Origin: Raillietiella orientalis
Lineage: Eukaryota
NCBI GenBank assembly: GCA_036172245.1
Contig: JAYWIR010000007.1
Location: 1,364,001-1,428,000 of the forward strand
DNA: 64,000 nt
Direction: 5' to 3'
Within the stretch, counting starts at the first letter, position 1, and each line of letters begins with the position of its first letter. Below the pieces are notes generated by a model. The model did no database searches, was not told the DNA's origin, and worked only from the letters and a program-made list of their open reading frames with translations. Positions 1 through 15,600 of this stretch are shown here, piece after piece. A program made the position numbers and the translations under genes.

Positions 1-3000
1 GACTCTGAAACTCTGGACCATTCGAGCATGCCCAACCGATAACTGTGCGAGGCGCAACCCCAAGCATTTCGTGGGGATTCCGCCCAAGGAGATTGAACTT
101 GCTTTTATGAACCACCGTCAACAGCAGGAGCGGCAGGAGCAACGGCAACACACCAACACTATCCATTCACCTTTATGCATGCATACAGGCGAACAGATGG
201 TGCTGGAAGTGTAACCTAAAGTTACGCTGGAAACTCTTTTAGGGATTCCTCGTTACGACTGCGTTGAACCCGTTCACCGGCTTCAACACAGTCGACAATT
301 CATGACTTTCGAGAAGATGCTTTGTGGATCAAAAAAGCGCTCCCACGTGAAGATTTACTAGTTCTTCGCGTGAAGTCTTTCTGCGTAGTAGAATTTTATC
401 TTTTTTTCCATCCGCTTTGCTTTCTCAAAGGATGCTCAGCGAAAATGCACGTGGTGATTCTCGAAATGAGGTTTCGTTGAGAGAGAAAACGTCAACGCGG
501 CTGCATTTCACCCGGGAGGGGAACGGAAAAAAAAAAAAAAAAGCAACAGAGAGGGATCCTTGCACACACGAAAACGCGAGACAAGATTTCTGGAAATAAA
601 AATAATGACGCAGAAATTTAAAGGGAAAATGGAATTCGCAAGAAGAGAGCAAAAGGTAAAAAGTCTCGAATGTTTACAATCGAAGGACACCCGAATGAAC
701 CCGGCACGAGATGGCGACCAGTAAACAGTGCAACTACGCAAGCGCATTCTTCATCCGCAGCACTCGCGCGTGCATCCAGAGACCGTCCCACGCAGCGCCG
801 GAGTCCACCAGCTCGAATCTCACAGTCCCTGTCACGTAATTAATACGTGGCGTGCCCGCACACGCCGGTCCTGGTACGCCACTGCACACGTCTCGAAGCA
901 GCGACACTAATCAGTGAGGTGTGGCCTCCGCGTGGTGACCGCCGACTCGCACTTGCTGCCTCGTTTAAAAAAGGGCGCTCAAAGGGAAAAGACAAAAAAA
1001 TGAAAAAAAACTCGCCCATCTCGGCGGCGGGAAACAACCGTTGGGTTTTCACACGCGCACACACTCCATCCCACGATGCCCGTAGCATGACCGAACCTGC
1101 ACTTGAGAACCAGCCGGGAACGGAACAAGCGGCCACCAAGCGAGGAGCGTCAATCGAAATGAGGGAAGCGGGAAGGTCGCATAGAGAAGAGCGTGGCACT
1201 GTTGGAAGGAGGTGGGGAGAAAAGGGGTTCAGGACACTCACTGATTGACGAACCGTACGGAGAGGACCTTGAGGCGACAAACATCGAGCTGCGAGTCAGG
1301 TGACTTCCCCCCCCCGCGCTTGTCGATAGTACCCGGTTCACTGGGTGCGTCGACGAAAAAAAACGCTCAATGTGCCTTTGATGCTCGTGCGTGCCATGAG
1401 AAAGCAGGAGAGGGGGGAAAAAAGGGAGGGGGGGAAGTCAGACAGAAGCGTACCCTCTCCCCCCGTTTGAGTGCGTGTGTGTGGGGGGATGCTGAGCGCG
1501 CAGACGCCATGCCCGCCTTCAACCAACAAGAGACCCCGTCTCGGGGCAAGCGGTTGCTCCCGTTGGAGGCGTAGGTTTCCCGCGTATCCGGTTCCCGCGT
1601 CAGTCGTCAGCGCCTCGGCACACGCTGGGAGGAACGGAGTGCCCAGCGAACCCACAAGGAATCGGCGGCAGGCCCGAGGAGCGACACGCTGCCTGCAGCG
1701 CTGCGGGCGTTCTGTTGCGAAAGACGCGGCAGTGGGTGTATGGGGGGCGTGGCGGAGAGATGATCAGCTTCCTTCCATCAGGGCATTCCCAGCATGAAGG
1801 CGCATAAGGTCGGAGGCGCCGAAGGCCGCTGCGGGTAAAGCCGGGCTAAGCGGAAAGCACGGGGGAGGGAGCTGGGAAGACGCGAAGTTCACGCGGGGCC
1901 AACAGTCGGAGTGGGCCGCACGATGGCGACTCCTGAGACAGGGGAAGAGAGAGGGGAACGCGAGTGATCGCAGCGGCCCGTCTGCAGCACGCGACCGGGA
2001 CGCGTAGCGAGTCGCCGTGACGCTCCGCGCGGGGAGGTCAAGCGCAGCGCGGAAGAGGAAAGGAGAGGGAGCAGCGTTCCGGTCGCGCGAAGTTGCTTTT
2101 CCGAGAGGCGACGGGGGGGGGGGACGAGCTGTCGCGAACCCCCGCTACTGCCGCCCTTATGGGAAGTCTTCCCTAGGGAGAAGGAGAAGCGACGCGGCAA
2201 GGAGCGTTCCCCCGCAGCTCCCACGACCCCAGCAAGGCCGCAAGGAACCGCAGGTGCACGCACGCACTGCCCCCAAAAGCGATCCACACAACCGCAAGAT
2301 CCCCCTCGCTCCCCGGGATTCTGGTCGCAGTGGCAGATCTGTCCGCGGTTCCTCGCGGACTGAGATCGCGTTCACTCGCTGCAGACGAGCAGAGGAGCAG
2401 GAGGTGACGCTCCGGAGAGCTCTCTGAGGGACGGGATGCTCGCTTCCAAACCAATGTCCTGGACCACGTAGTGGAGAAGGAGAGGACACCACCTAATGTT
2501 GCTCCGTGGAGTCGGGGGTTGCTGTCAGACCGTGAAGACTGAGAACCCGTTTCGATGAGTGCAGAGGCTCATCGCTCGCCAATGGAAGATGGGACAGGAC
2601 TCGCGAGGGAGGATAGGACCCTTCTGCCGGAAGGATGACGGCGTTGCCTCCTCCGATCCCCGGCGGTGGAATCGCCCACGTTTCGTTGCGAGGCTCGGGA
2701 AGAGACGGACGCGATGTCTGGATGGGAGCAGCCGGCGACAATAGCCGCGAGACGAAGCGGCGGGGCGGGCGAGCTGGAAGGGAGGGAAGTGTCTCCTCTT
2801 GGAGGATGAAGATGCCTCCGGGGAGCGAGGTGCTCCCTAGCGCCTTGAAATCCGGCGCGGACGAAGAGACGAAACGGCTCTTAGACACGGAACCAATCCC
2901 TGCTTTGCCAAGGGGGACGGGGTGTGTGGGTCCCCTTCGCAGCAGGAAGACCCGTTTACTTCTCGTCTCTTTTGCTGGTCGCGAGCGGCGGACGAGAGCT

Positions 3001-3707
3001 CTCCTTTCGCTCCCAGGCCCGGCAGGGATACTCACTCTACTTCGAGTCCTGTCATCCGGCGGCGGAGAACGAACAAGAACTTCCGACGGCGGTCTCGAGG
3101 AGGATCGACCCGTGGCGTGCGTGAACTCCACGCAGCAGTCTTTCCGAGAAGGAACCGAAAGGAGAAAAGCGAGGTCTTTTTTTTTTTTTTTTTGAAAAAA
3201 AAAAAAAATTTCTGCTGGATGTCCTCTCCCTCCCTCCACAACTTTTGCCAAGACAAAAAAAGGTCAAGAGACAGCAGCTCCGTTGCATCACTCCGCGAGG
3301 CGTGCGGCACCCGGGGAGGTTTCCAAGTCGCCCATTTCCGAGGAACCGTGCGCGCAAAGCACTCCGGTCCGATTCGGATCGACGCCAACCTCTTACCTGC
3401 TAAACCTGACAAGCCCTTCATACAAACGCTGGCGGAGGATGTACCCGCCTGGAGGAGTTCAAACCGCTCCCTCGAACTCCCCTTTTCCCAAGAGGCGCAA
3501 GCGGCACGCGCACAAACCATCGGTGTTTTTCTCTCCGAGCCGGGCGAAAACACGCGCCCACCTCGGTTGCACGCAGGGAGAGAGGTCCAGACTACGGCGA
3601 GAGGGACGCGCGCTCGCGCCGGCTTCTTGCCCGCTCCTCGAACCTGCCCGTCGAGAGAGCAAAGAAATCGGCCGGGCAGGACGTCCGCCGATTTGGCAGG
3701 GAGAGGT

Positions 3708-3730
3708 GGCGGCGGCGGCGGCGGCGGCGG
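3708..3730. repeat. (GGC)n microsatellite
   Basis: About 7 tandem GGC units. Confidence 0.85.
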
Positions 3731-6700
3731 TCTGGAAGCCCCGCGTACGCTCGTATGAGCGCTCAATCAGCAACGGATGAAGTAGGAAGACAAAACCAGG
3801 AGCCTGCACGGAAATCGCGCACCCCCTTTGTGTTCGATCACGCCGGAGGAACGCGCTTTTCCGTGTGCGTGTGGATACAAACGCAAGTGCACGCACGAGC
3901 GGAGAGGCCGTTTCCATGTGCACTCCAGCAGTGAGGAGGGATGGCAAGGCGCCAGTCACCGACAAACAACCCGGAAATTTCGCGCTGTCCGCTCGGAGAG
4001 GTGTTTCCGCGCGACCCGCTGTTCGCAAACACCGCAGCGGAGGCGAGCGACCACGCGCACACATTCCACCCCCCTCCACGTGTTGGCGAAGCGCGATCCA
4101 GCTGCTTACGTGTCTGCTGGGCGTGCACCTAAAAAAAAAAGAAAGAGCCGACTGCCTGCAGCTCCTCCTGTTTCAGAATTACGAAATCTCGGCAGCCGGT
4201 TCTCCCGCTTTCGATACTGACTAAACAATCCCCCGAGAGATAAGGCCCGATATGTTCCCGAATTCGAGACCATACGAGAATCCTGTACCAACGTGGACCT
4301 TGAGGCAGCTCCGAAAGACTTCACAGGCTCTCAAGGAGGCAATTACCAGTCGGAGCATCGCAAAAGGAATGCCGCAATAAAAACACAAGCGGCCTCGGAC
4401 AGAGAAACAGTATTTCCGAGGCAAGTACAATCCGTTTATACAAATACAAACCGAGAAGGGGGTCCATACGTTTCGTTGCGCGCCGCTTTATAAGGTTTTC
4501 GTTCGAGTTTAGCGCTCAAAGGGATGCGCAGGTAAATCGCCAACAGATGCCGCCTTCTACTGGAACATGCAAAATATGCCAGAAGCACACGAGGAGGAAC
4601 TGTTCCCAAAAAGGTCGTCGGAAGACATTCTCCAGATGCACGCGCTTGTGACCAAAGTCGGAGCCAGCACGGGGAACACCGGAAATCAGGTTCGAAAAGC
4701 CGAGTCAGTCAAGAAAGTCACTGACACGTGTCCAAAATACACAGGCAACAACACACTGACTCAAACTCGTGGACCAATTTCGAAGAGGCACGTGAGTCAA
4801 GCAAACAACGCGCACGCGCAATTCTGCCGTCCGACCACAAGTGCGGTCTCCAAACCGTGGTTGGGCACAATAAAGAATTGTGTGCCAAATGACTTTTTCT
4901 TTTTTTTATACAACGCACGAGCATTCATTTGAAGAACGCACTTTTTTCCTATAGGAAACTTTGATGCCTGAGATAAGTGATTCATTGGTGCCAGGGCGAA
5001 ACTTAGATGCGTCCAAGCCCTCGAGAAATGAAGAAAAGTGGCAGAATTTTTGCGTGGCAGTCGCTGAAGGCACCCAGCAGAGGCAGCAGCGATAGTGGAA
5101 CGAATAAATTTTCGCACTCTTGGCTTCGAAAATGCAAAGTCCACGTTCTCGAAAGCAACGTCAAGTTGGCGCACTACGAACAAAATGTGATTTTTCGGTA
5201 GTAATTGGTGGCCAAGAAAAGAGCTCACACACTGTGTACACACACTCGCATTCGAAAACGGGAAGGGGAGGGGAGAAGGGGGGGGGGGACTCCGTCGAAA
5301 GTGGAAACGACCAGGCGGCAGCAGCAGCAGCACAGATTCGTCTTTTCGAGGACTGAGCGACACGCACGTGTCACATTTCCGGGAAAGACAAATCGGCACT
5401 GCTCTGGGTGGATGCCACACTGTGCCCCCTCGAATCGAAAAGCACGGCGAACCATCTCCGTTACACCTGTTTTCCCACTCGATCGCAGGACTATTCTAAT
5501 GAGAGCCTTTTCGGAGACGAGGATAGATCAATCGTTTCGGGAAGGACAGCAATTCATTTACTTCCATAACATGAGAGTGAAGGTCGGTGCGATCGTGAAG
5601 ACTACAACACCATGAAGACTCATTCGAACGGTGTGAAGTGTCTCATGTGTTCAGACAAAGTATGCGAAAAAAAAAAAAAAACACACGAAACTTTGGCAGT
5701 TGTTGCTTTTACGTGTGCTTCCGTGTAAACGTACAATGAACTTTGTACCGTGTGATTCCGAAACGAAACAGTCCGATGTCTTCAAGACTCGGTTAGCTTT
5801 AGCCAAGCCTTCGCAAATGGCATTTCTCGTGTAAAACACATCGCAGTCTACGTAGAGACACCGACACCATGTACGAAAGAATCCAGTATGATGATGATTT
5901 TCAGAATATCAAACGCCTGGGGGAATACATATTTGAATCGATGCCTACAGGTTTTCGCAGCTCTTATGGCAGATCCTTGCTTCCTATTTTTCTTTCCCGT
6001 GCGCGCAAAGCAGGAGGTATGATACAATGCATCAGTCATCCAGAAATTCCGAAAACGCAGCTCGGACTCGGGCACAATTCATCCAGCCAGCAGCAACAGG
6101 TCACCTCCGTGCACGAGCGAAATGAAGCTGCAACCACAGGGACACGCAAACGCCACTTTACGTAATGATCTCAGGTAGGAATGCACCCACGAGTTTTGCC
6201 ATTCGAGCAAGAAAGGCAAATCGGCGTGGCAGCACCGGGAAATGGAGCCGATTTCACACAGCGAGATGAAAACCGTGCCCGAAGACACACATCATAAAAC
6301 ACCAGCACGCATTATCTCGAGAAAGGAAAGACGTCACTACCAATTCAGGGCGAATTCAGACTGATTAGTGGGGAAGGGAGAAAAAAATCAGTAAAAGGAA
6401 AAGCTGCGAACGGAATGCCAAGTTTTCAATCGCGTGCCGATGCTGAAGATAAAAAAGGCACACAAAGAGGGAGAATCACAGCTCGAGCACTAACCATCGT
6501 CTCGTAAAATGGCCTGTGTCCGGCTAGCACTCACCGATTTTTCCCCGTCCGACTTTTTCTTTACTGAGCAGGGATGATCAGACGTCGGGAAGAAATCAGG
6601 GATCACAAACACTTAACGACACGTTAAGCAGGATTCAGCGTGATTCACATTCGCTGATCAAGCGGTACGAAGAGCCGTCGCCGCTCCACCACAACTCTTC

Positions 6701-6744
6701 TTGGTTTACTCCAGCAATGCAAGACGAGGAACGGGATCACTGAA

Positions 6745-6782
6745 TACACACACACACATACACACACACACACGCACACACG
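6745..6782. repeat. (CA)n microsatellite, imperfect
   Basis: tacacacacacacatacacacacacacgcacacac. Confidence 0.9.
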
Positions 6783-9700
6783 TTGAAGTGAAACGCGTGC
6801 TACAGGTCGATAGCTCCGAGATGGTGCGCAAACTTTGTGTGATACGCTCGCCGCGTCTCTCCGCTTTTAAAAATCGGAAAACTTTCCTTTTCGTCGCGAG
6901 TGCTCAAGGCGGGAAAAAGGAAAAAGAGAGGAAAAAAAAAAAAAGTAGCAGATCGAAGAAATACCGTGGGAAAGTACGAGAGAAATCGAGAGGCAGTATT
7001 TCTGGGATGCACGAATATCAGGGTGTTTCGAAATTAGGTGTATGTTTTTTGGATGCCTAACACATGTGGCTCTGGCCACGGGGAGGAAGGCAACTCCTGT
7101 GACTCTCCATGCCGTTCTTAGAATCAAGGGTTGCACTTCCTGGTGGATGTAAACGAAATTCGATGTGTTTAGCACCGCCGCCACAAACTTTTACAACTGG
7201 AATACTCGAAATTACGGCTACAAAAAAAAAAAAAAAAAAGGAGGGGGGGGGGGAGGAGAAAACAGTCACAAAATAAACAAATCAATGTTGATCAATGCAT
7301 CTGGATAGCACGGCAAATGCTGGCTCCCATTGCTAGATAATACGTAATGCGCCAGATTTTTTGATAGTTCGGAGGTATATTATATGCACTAAGGAAAAGA
7401 GCCGTTCGCGTCGCGCAGGCAAGTTCCAAAGCATTTTCTCAGTCGAGAAGAAGATCTTCTTGACTTTTACTCTTTCTCAGTCTCTCAGTCAAGAAGATAC
7501 TTTTACTCTCAGGGAAAACCATCATTGGAGGCACGCGAACGAGAACGGATGCGGCGGAGCGCTCAAAGGAGGCGAGGACTGCGCTCAAAGGAAGGAAAAT
7601 GATAACCGACCGACCGTCCACTCCCGCCCTCTATTTTGCCATTGGAAGCCATCCACGTGGACAACTTTTCCAATCAAATTAGACAAACTGAAGGGTGGGA
7701 AACAGACACAGTAAAACCTGTGCGAAAGTCAAAGACGTACTAATGGTGTGGACGCTCATTCTGCTAATAGAGATAAAAAATGCAAAATAAATATGGAGTT
7801 AGAAGAACGCTTGTGAATACATCGTCACAACGCAGGCATCAAATATCTATTTCCTGAGCAATTTTTTTTGTTCTTTCAAGGTATTTAGGGTGGAAAAGCT
7901 TTTTTCAAGGACCACCCGCGACTCTTTCTGCTCCACTCGACATAACTTCCGCTCATTAAAAAATATCGATTATCATTGGAAATCTGTATGCAAGAATCTG
8001 TATTGGGCTTTCCGTTGTAGCAGAAACTGGTAGAAGAAGAAAGATTCTCAAACGGCTTCCTTTCACGCTGTTCCCTCTGTAAAAACAGCGTGGAATTCTT
8101 TCGAAGTTTCCCTGAAGAGCGCGAAACCTAAGATTCAGCTCGATCGGATTTTTTTTTTTTTTTTTTTTAAATGGCGCCGTTTAGAGGACGCTAGATACGG
8201 TGCCACGATGCCGTGGCAACTTGGGAAAACTTCATTGACACGGACTTCCATGATAATCACCGGATAATCTAAGTAATCTGAATCGGAAATCAAGAAGAAA
8301 TAGTAATAGAGTGGACACGAATGAATCACTTAAAGCCATGACGTTCAGACAGACGACTATAGATAGCATGGGACTGTAGCAATGCCAGAACCAATTAAGC
8401 TTTAATGACAGCTGCTCGCTGCTAGTACAACCATCTTATCAACAAGTAGTAATCATGAAACAACCGAATGAACAAAGGCCACAAAATCACAAAATAATTG
8501 CCAAGTAATGGCGATAATGGCAACGTCCGTTTTATGGACAAAAACCTTTACACGCTTTCGAGAAACGGAAGCTCAGAAGATCCACACAAAAAGTGCCCAA
8601 GCCCTATAAAAACACAATCCGTTTTTTTTTAATAAAAAAAGATTACTCCTTATTTGTCTCTTATCTTTCTCTTTTACCAATTCGCTTAAAATTCACTTAT
8701 CCTCGAAATCTCTGTTATTGTTATTTATTTTCCCTCCATCGTGATTGATTGATTCCAAAGAGGAAGATGAAACCATCCAACCCATTAGGATAGGAAATTC
8801 TAATGTCTCTCGAGAGAATCTAAGAGCTGATGTACTCAGAAAAATTGAATTTCGGGAGCTTAGAAATTTGGAGCGAAAAAAATTTGTCGCTGAATTCTTG
8901 GGCACTCGGAGAACACAACCAATTTCGAGAGTTTAGCAGCGTTTGTTCAACTCTTCAGTGCGTTTGAGAGAGAGAATGTTAGGAAGGGGTGGATGCGGTG
9001 GACAGTGGTATTTCACGAAAGGTGGACTTTCAAACGCATTGTACGTTGAAGGCCCGCGTCAGCTTGCATTGAAACATTGTGCGTCGAAAATGTTTTCTAA
9101 CCCATTAAGAGTCTGTTGATTTATTTTGTTTTCGCAGTGCAAGTGATCATTGTATTTAACGTGAAATCAAATCGGAAAACATAAAATGAGGTGAAAGTAT
9201 CTGCTGACCATAAAGTCCATTCTAATTGGTGACTTCCCATCTGACTGCTTTCTGAAAGACTGAAAGTGTCATTCGAGAGGTTATTGATGATAAATTACTC
9301 GGTTTCGTTTTGAAACAACAATTAAAGAATTGAGTAGCGATTTACAGGCAGTGTAGCTAATAATTACCATTTACTGATCAATATTCATTATGATCTGTAA
9401 TGACCAATGCTTGATTACTACAAACAATAATAAGAATGGAACGATTTTTTCTGAGTACAAGATATCAAGAAAATGAAAAGATGATTTCAATCATGCCTAT
9501 GAAGAGAAATGAAAAGTATCACAATTAGAGATGAGTATCACCTGTGATGATGAATCTGCATATAATGAAAAAGAAGTACTAATCTTTTTATCCACAGAAA
9601 TATAATTAGGAATCGCAATTTCCTGTGAGAATCAGCTTGATTTTCCTTATCTATTACAAAACCTGCTTAGGCAAATAATATGCTCATGGATATGTGGGAA

Positions 9701-12630
9701 GTAATTCGTAAAGGAAAATTTGCTTGCATGTAATATCTATCACTCGTGGAGTTTGGAATGCATGATTTGCCACGAGTCCTGAGTTTTCAATCATCCAGAT
9801 CCTAATCCACCATGCCTCCTGCAGAAGAAGAAGAAAACATACAGAAAAACTGCTCTTTTCAATTTTACGAAACGGATTAGTCGGACACTGATCCAACTCG
9901 TGATGGTGTACCTTTCAGGATGTGAATAGGGATTCCCTTAATCATATCCTATATGAAAGAGAAGGGAACGAGATGCTCTCCAAAAGAGCAGTATGCACGA
10001 GATCAGCAGATGCCCAGAAAACTGATAAATACGTTTCAGGAGATTCATCGATGCAATATTTGGCCTGCATTCTAATAGCAAAGTAACTTATCCTGACGGA
10101 ATTTCTATCACATGTATGTAAAATGCTTCGAATCACCCATTACTGAGAATCCCTCCACGGTGAGCTCTTTTAGAGACGGTTCCAAGGCCTTTTGACGACA
10201 TTTCATGTGAATAAATGCATTTCATTCCTTCAAATCGACTTCTGATAAAACAATTCAGAGCTCATTGGGATTCATTTTATCCTGAGTGAGACTCCTTTTT
10301 TGAAAACCTGTCCTTCGAAGCGAACCTTATTTTTCATGCTTTTTGGAAATCATGGTTAGCGTTTTACATAACGCATTTCAAATTCAGTCCTGCGTCTTTC
10401 TCCTATCTCAAATCCTCAGACATTATTTTTATCGGCGTTATTTTTTCGGGTTCTCTCTCCAAGTCACTGTATCTGCTGTCCAGAAGCAATTGAAAAATCT
10501 GGGGTTAGTCTAAAATGACTCCCTATCCTTTCTGAACAGAAGAGCTATCAACATTGCTCTAATGGAAGCACATCGTCCAATTTTGCACCGATTTCGTGAC
10601 TGTACAGATCTTCTGTGGCGAAATAGCAACACGAAAAAATGAAATTGAATAAAAATAGAAAACAAAGTATAAGAAGCCAGGAAAGTGCACAATAATAACG
10701 TAATAAATGGTAAGTAATACGGTAAGTAATTGATGATGGTTTCTTCGAAACGAATGTGAGGCATTTAAAGATGCATCCAACCACCTCGAGTTGGGAAAAG
10801 GAAATAAAAAGGGCCCTTTTACCCAGTTTTCCATAAACAAAACAATTCAGTTGAGTTGAATGCACATAGCTGTGAACGGTTCTTATTCTGTTCGCGGATG
10901 TAGATGGAGCGAAGTGAACTTTATTTCTTTTACTGGAACAGGTGCAATTCCAGTGAAGGAAATAAAGATCCGGTAAAGATTTTCCGGATAAACATTTTAA
11001 TTTAGGAGGTGCTATCCTTTGGAGCAAGAACAAGTGCAATAGGGGAGGCAGCCAAAAACCCCGGAAAAACGCATGCACACATACACCTACACACGTACAT
11101 CCACACCCGTGTGCTTAGGAAAGCGTGAAAGACGATGATTTTTGCCTGCATGCGCATTTATTTTCGGTTGTTATCATTTTATTCATCATTCGTATCTTTC
11201 TTCAGATTGGGAAGCTGATTGATTTTCATTTTTCCTAATTTGTTTTTTTTTTTTTCTTAAGCCGAACCCAAATCCTATTTTCGATGAAATTTGTTTCCTC
11301 CACGATAAAGCGGGTTCAATTTTTTTTTTTTTTTTTTTCCTATCAAGAATTCTGCTCGTAAAGAAAGGGATCTCAAGCCCGGCGGGTCGTCGGCGGGTCA
11401 GCGGCACTCTCCGGTGACGTCAGATTCCAACAACGGTTCATTGTTGGAAACTGTGGGAGCCGCGGTTGCCTGCCGACGTGTTGTTCGGCGTTTCGCGTGA
11501 CCTGGATCGCTGTTCGAGGGAATAAAAGGGGCGAACGTGAAAGGAGATCACACGGATGTGAGACACAAAGTCGCAAGTCTGCGTCCGGGTAAATAAGAAA
11601 TCACCTCGGCAGGGGAGTTTTTTTGAAGCGACCTTCCTTCTGCTCTTTTACATGTGAACCGCCGTACATAGATGCGACTGGTCCGCTTCCCCGGAGCTCA
11701 CCCGCTCCATCTTATAAGAACACATAGCATACGCCCTTCTGAAGAATGGAAAAGTCATATCGGCAAGGATGTATTTAAAAAAACCATGTGCCAATTCCAT
11801 GATTCCATGGAGATCTCGGCCAATTCCTCGATCACCGTGGGTACTTTGTCGTTAAAAGCAACGCGCTTTGCCAAATGCCAAGAAGATCCTCCGTGCAGTA
11901 ACTCTGAGCTTGTTCCCCGCTTAAAGCACTGGTGTCTCGGGAATCACTTCCAAACACCCGTTCTCAGATGTTCCAAGTTCCTTCGATGTGACAAATTATA
12001 ATGGGAATCCTTGGTTTTCGAAACTCAAAGCATTAAAAATGAACTTCGCAGCGGCAAGGATCAAAGAATTGCAATGCACTGTCTCAGACGAGTCCAGAGA
12101 ACGCAGAGGGAAAGCAAACGGCTTCCCCTGAGCCGAATTTCGAAGGCGGTCGATGAAGACATTCATCGCTCTGTCTCTTTCCTTTGAATTTGCCAAGACG
12201 CTCACATGGGAATGCTCGAGTGAAAGAATCACTTCTAACATGGTCACCAGCTCTTCCGCCTATTGCGTTGCTTTCCCTCGTGCAGAGCGTCAAAAGCATT
12301 CCTGGAAAAACATGGAGTTGCAGGCCACTCCTGGATCAGTGTAGGTTTCGGGGAGATGGGGGCTGCAAGCGGCAGGAAGTGTTACCGCGTAACCACATTA
12401 AAGGATACCTCGGCATTGGAGCGTGCCGGATTTCGGGGATTACAGCACCAGCAAATTTTAAAAAGGCAAGGAGCAAGCTCTGGTTCTCTTGGGATGCGAG
12501 GTGTGTGTGTGCATGCCGTCACGATGTAAGGAAACGCAAATCCCGAATCGGCGCGAACGTGTCGACCTCTCCACACATGCTATCTCTTGAAAGAGATCCG
12601 TTTCTTCTTCTTTGTTCTTTGTATTTTTTT

Positions 12631-12651
12631 CTTCTTCTTCTTCTTCTTCTT
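12631..12651. repeat. (CTT)7 microsatellite
   Basis: cttcttcttcttcttcttctt. Confidence 0.85.
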
Positions 12652-15600
12652 CCAGGATCTCGTTTGCGTTTTCGGTCGCACTTGCGGACCTGCAAGAGCA
12701 ATTCCTTGTCTCCAGTGCTGCTTGTAACCGTAGAGCGGAGCGAACCAACTTTGCTTCCTGTGCACATACCTGAGAGGCGATTTCGGTGTGTGCCAAAAAC
12801 GTCGAAGTGCTGCTTCGAGCACGGGGAACATGACAAATCGCCAAGAGCCACCGCAATCCACGTTCGGCACTGGAATTTGCATGCACGATCCAAGACTTCA
12901 GCCGATCCGCATTCGAGGAGAAAAGACATAAACGCTAACTCCGGAAAGATCTGCCGGATGTCAAGGCACTCAGGACGAAGGGAAGATTCAGCTGTCAAAT
13001 TCAGAGCTACTGATGAGAATGACAAAACCTCTGCTGCGCATTTGTCGCATACCATCCGCTGCATCTACCCGACGTTGCAGGATAGGAACGTGATCTTCCC
13101 TACACGCGTGCGTTACCCTTTTCAGTAAGCTTCGAGAACCGCACCTTTACTCTAAGGGTAATCAGTCGCAGATTCTAAAGTCCTCTCATATGGGATGTTT
13201 CCGCTTCCTTTCCATTTCATGGATAGCACTGCGGCAGGAAACAAGAGGAAAATTCGGTTTCAGAAGAACCTTCAAACGAAAAGAAAACTGTGCATCTTCC
13301 TTCAATTTACCGGACACTCTGGAAAAAGAGTACTCGCGTAAAACCCCATTAAGGTGGCTCGTCACTAATCCTTTTATCCTTTGTTGATTGAAATCTTGAA
13401 GTTATTCAGCACATAGATCTCAGCTCAGCACTTAAGAAGGCTGATCACCTTGAAGCTAGTTCTCCAGGAAAACATGGTAGTGGGACTGTGTCCCAGACCA
13501 CAGGGAACGGTTCCCAATATCAGCCACATAAGCACAAGAAATGACTGTCCGACTGCTTCATAGAAGGTCACAAGCAGCGAAGCCGTGGAATGGGTTTTAC
13601 CGGCTGCCAAGTCCTATTTAAATTTCGGGTTTTCTTTTTCTTTTGGTTAGTTAAGTACTCAAGAACCTTCGTTCGCATGGCAGCTCACGAGGCTCTTTAA
13701 CAGTTTCACGCCACCCAAGGGTGCGCTCCGTGTTACTCCTCTGAAGAGAACCACGGAGGAACGTTTCCAAATTTCTCTGAAGGGCGCTAACCAAAGGGAG
13801 CAGCACGCTCTTTTGCACTCTGGAGAGGTATCGTCAATCCACCAGCTCCATGGTACGACATGGAGGGTCCCCCCCCCCAAGGGGGGGAGGACAGCTCGAT
13901 TTTCACAACCGGAGGGGAACCGGAAGAGAACCAGCTCCTTGATTCCTGGAAGGACCCCGGAGGGTCCATTTCCAATCCCAGCCAGTCAACAGGGGCATCC
14001 AGTTTCCGGCTTCCACCGGTGCCGCACCCGAAGAGGCCAACCAGCGTCATCTTGCGGAAGGGGCTCCAACCCACGACGCACCGATTCCTCTGGCGTCGAT
14101 CCTTTGCGGGTATTCGAACCTGCAACACTTGGCACTACGCATGGAGAGCGTAGCCACATGGCCTCCGACACGAGGCCGATTTAAATTTCGGAGGCGAGAA
14201 GCACTCCGCAAGCTTAACTCCGCTTATCCACAACGGGAATTCGTGGATCGTGGAACCAGAAGCAATTTCAGCACTCGAGGAGAAGACATTAGCTTTACAC
14301 TCCCCTTCCCGTACGAAGTTAGGAGATTGAAAGTCTTCCCGTATTCATTCAACTCCCTCCTATCAGCGGCAGAAAATCACGACCTTGCGCTCCTTGCCAG
14401 GGGAGGCCGCGAGTTAGCGTCTTCCTGGAGTTTCTTTCGCTTTCGAACCAGGGCCACCGATCCCTCTCCTGCTCAATGTCATGGTTAGAGCACCGTTCCT
14501 TCGCACGAGCCTGCCTGCTCACATGCAGAAAAGACAGGATTATTCGCGGAGGGACAACAAAAGCACACGTTAGGTTTTAAGGACCGAGATTTTCGAGAGT
14601 GCCTTCTCAGTGGTACCTCGCCCTCCCCAACTCTATCGAGCATCTCTCCTAGATGCTATCGTTTATTCACATGCACCAAATTCTTTTGGATCAGTTTTTT
14701 TGCGACGTCCGACAGATGGCGGCAGTGTCTCACTGCTTGTTTTAGCGGCTGTTCTCCTTACCGTGATAACGCAAGGATGCGTGACATTATCCAGGGCTTG
14801 CCCGAGACTCACTACGCTTCCTTGCTCCGTCTGAGACGCCAAATCCACTTCGTTTCTTACTATTGACTCCACTCGTTGTATCGTCGTTTCCTTTCTCGAT
14901 TCTACAGCAAACGAGGCACGTTTAGAAAGGGAAAGCGCGGGCATCACGATTCAAGGAGGGAACAGTCGCGTTCCGGGAAACTGCCTCCAAGGGAAACGCT
15001 GCACCAGCACGAGAAACCACCGGCATGAAAGAGCAAACGCGGGGGAGGCCTACGTTGGCGCCCCGACTCGCGCGCGTCTGGGCGCATAGCAACCGTGACT
15101 CACCGATTGTTGTCGGAATCGGGCGGCACAATTGGCGCAGCCATGTTTGCTTGTCCACAGCAAGATGACCAGGAGGAAGCTCGCGTGCATATTTGTTTCC
15201 CTTCTTGCAAAAAAGAGAAAATGGCGGAAGGAAGTCTCCTTCGCTCAGAGAAGCAGCAGCCTCCCTGCCACGGGCTGCCCGCCCGGTTTTTTCTTCCCTC
15301 TCCGCAAAAGGGCGAGCTGGGGAGCGGTGGTGAGACCTTGGGAATCGAGGGAGGCGAGTGACTCTTCCCGGAGCGGTTCCACCTTTTCCTGAAAGCAGCA
15401 CTTTTCGAGTGAAAACATCTGCACATGCCCCCTTCTCGCCCTCCACCCCCTTTTTTTTGGGGGGAGTTTCATGTTTCCCGATTTCGGCACCTGCAGATGC
15501 ACAGAGATTTCACGAGCTCGCACGAAACGTGCAGGGATATTAGCTTATCGATCAAGGATTGGCACTCAACATCAGCAGCGAAGGTGGCAAGAATTTCCCT

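Noticed and set aside
5847..6016. Protein-like stretch MYERIQYDDDFQNIKRLGEYIFES with possible AG/GT flanks
   Set aside because: No recognisable homology and no partner exons, so it cannot be supported without RNA-seq or BLAST.
9684..10136. Two adjacent minus-strand ORFs and a strong acceptor (ttcttcttctgcag) near 9820
   Set aside because: No recognisable protein and interrupted by stops. A lone acceptor is not enough to call an exon.
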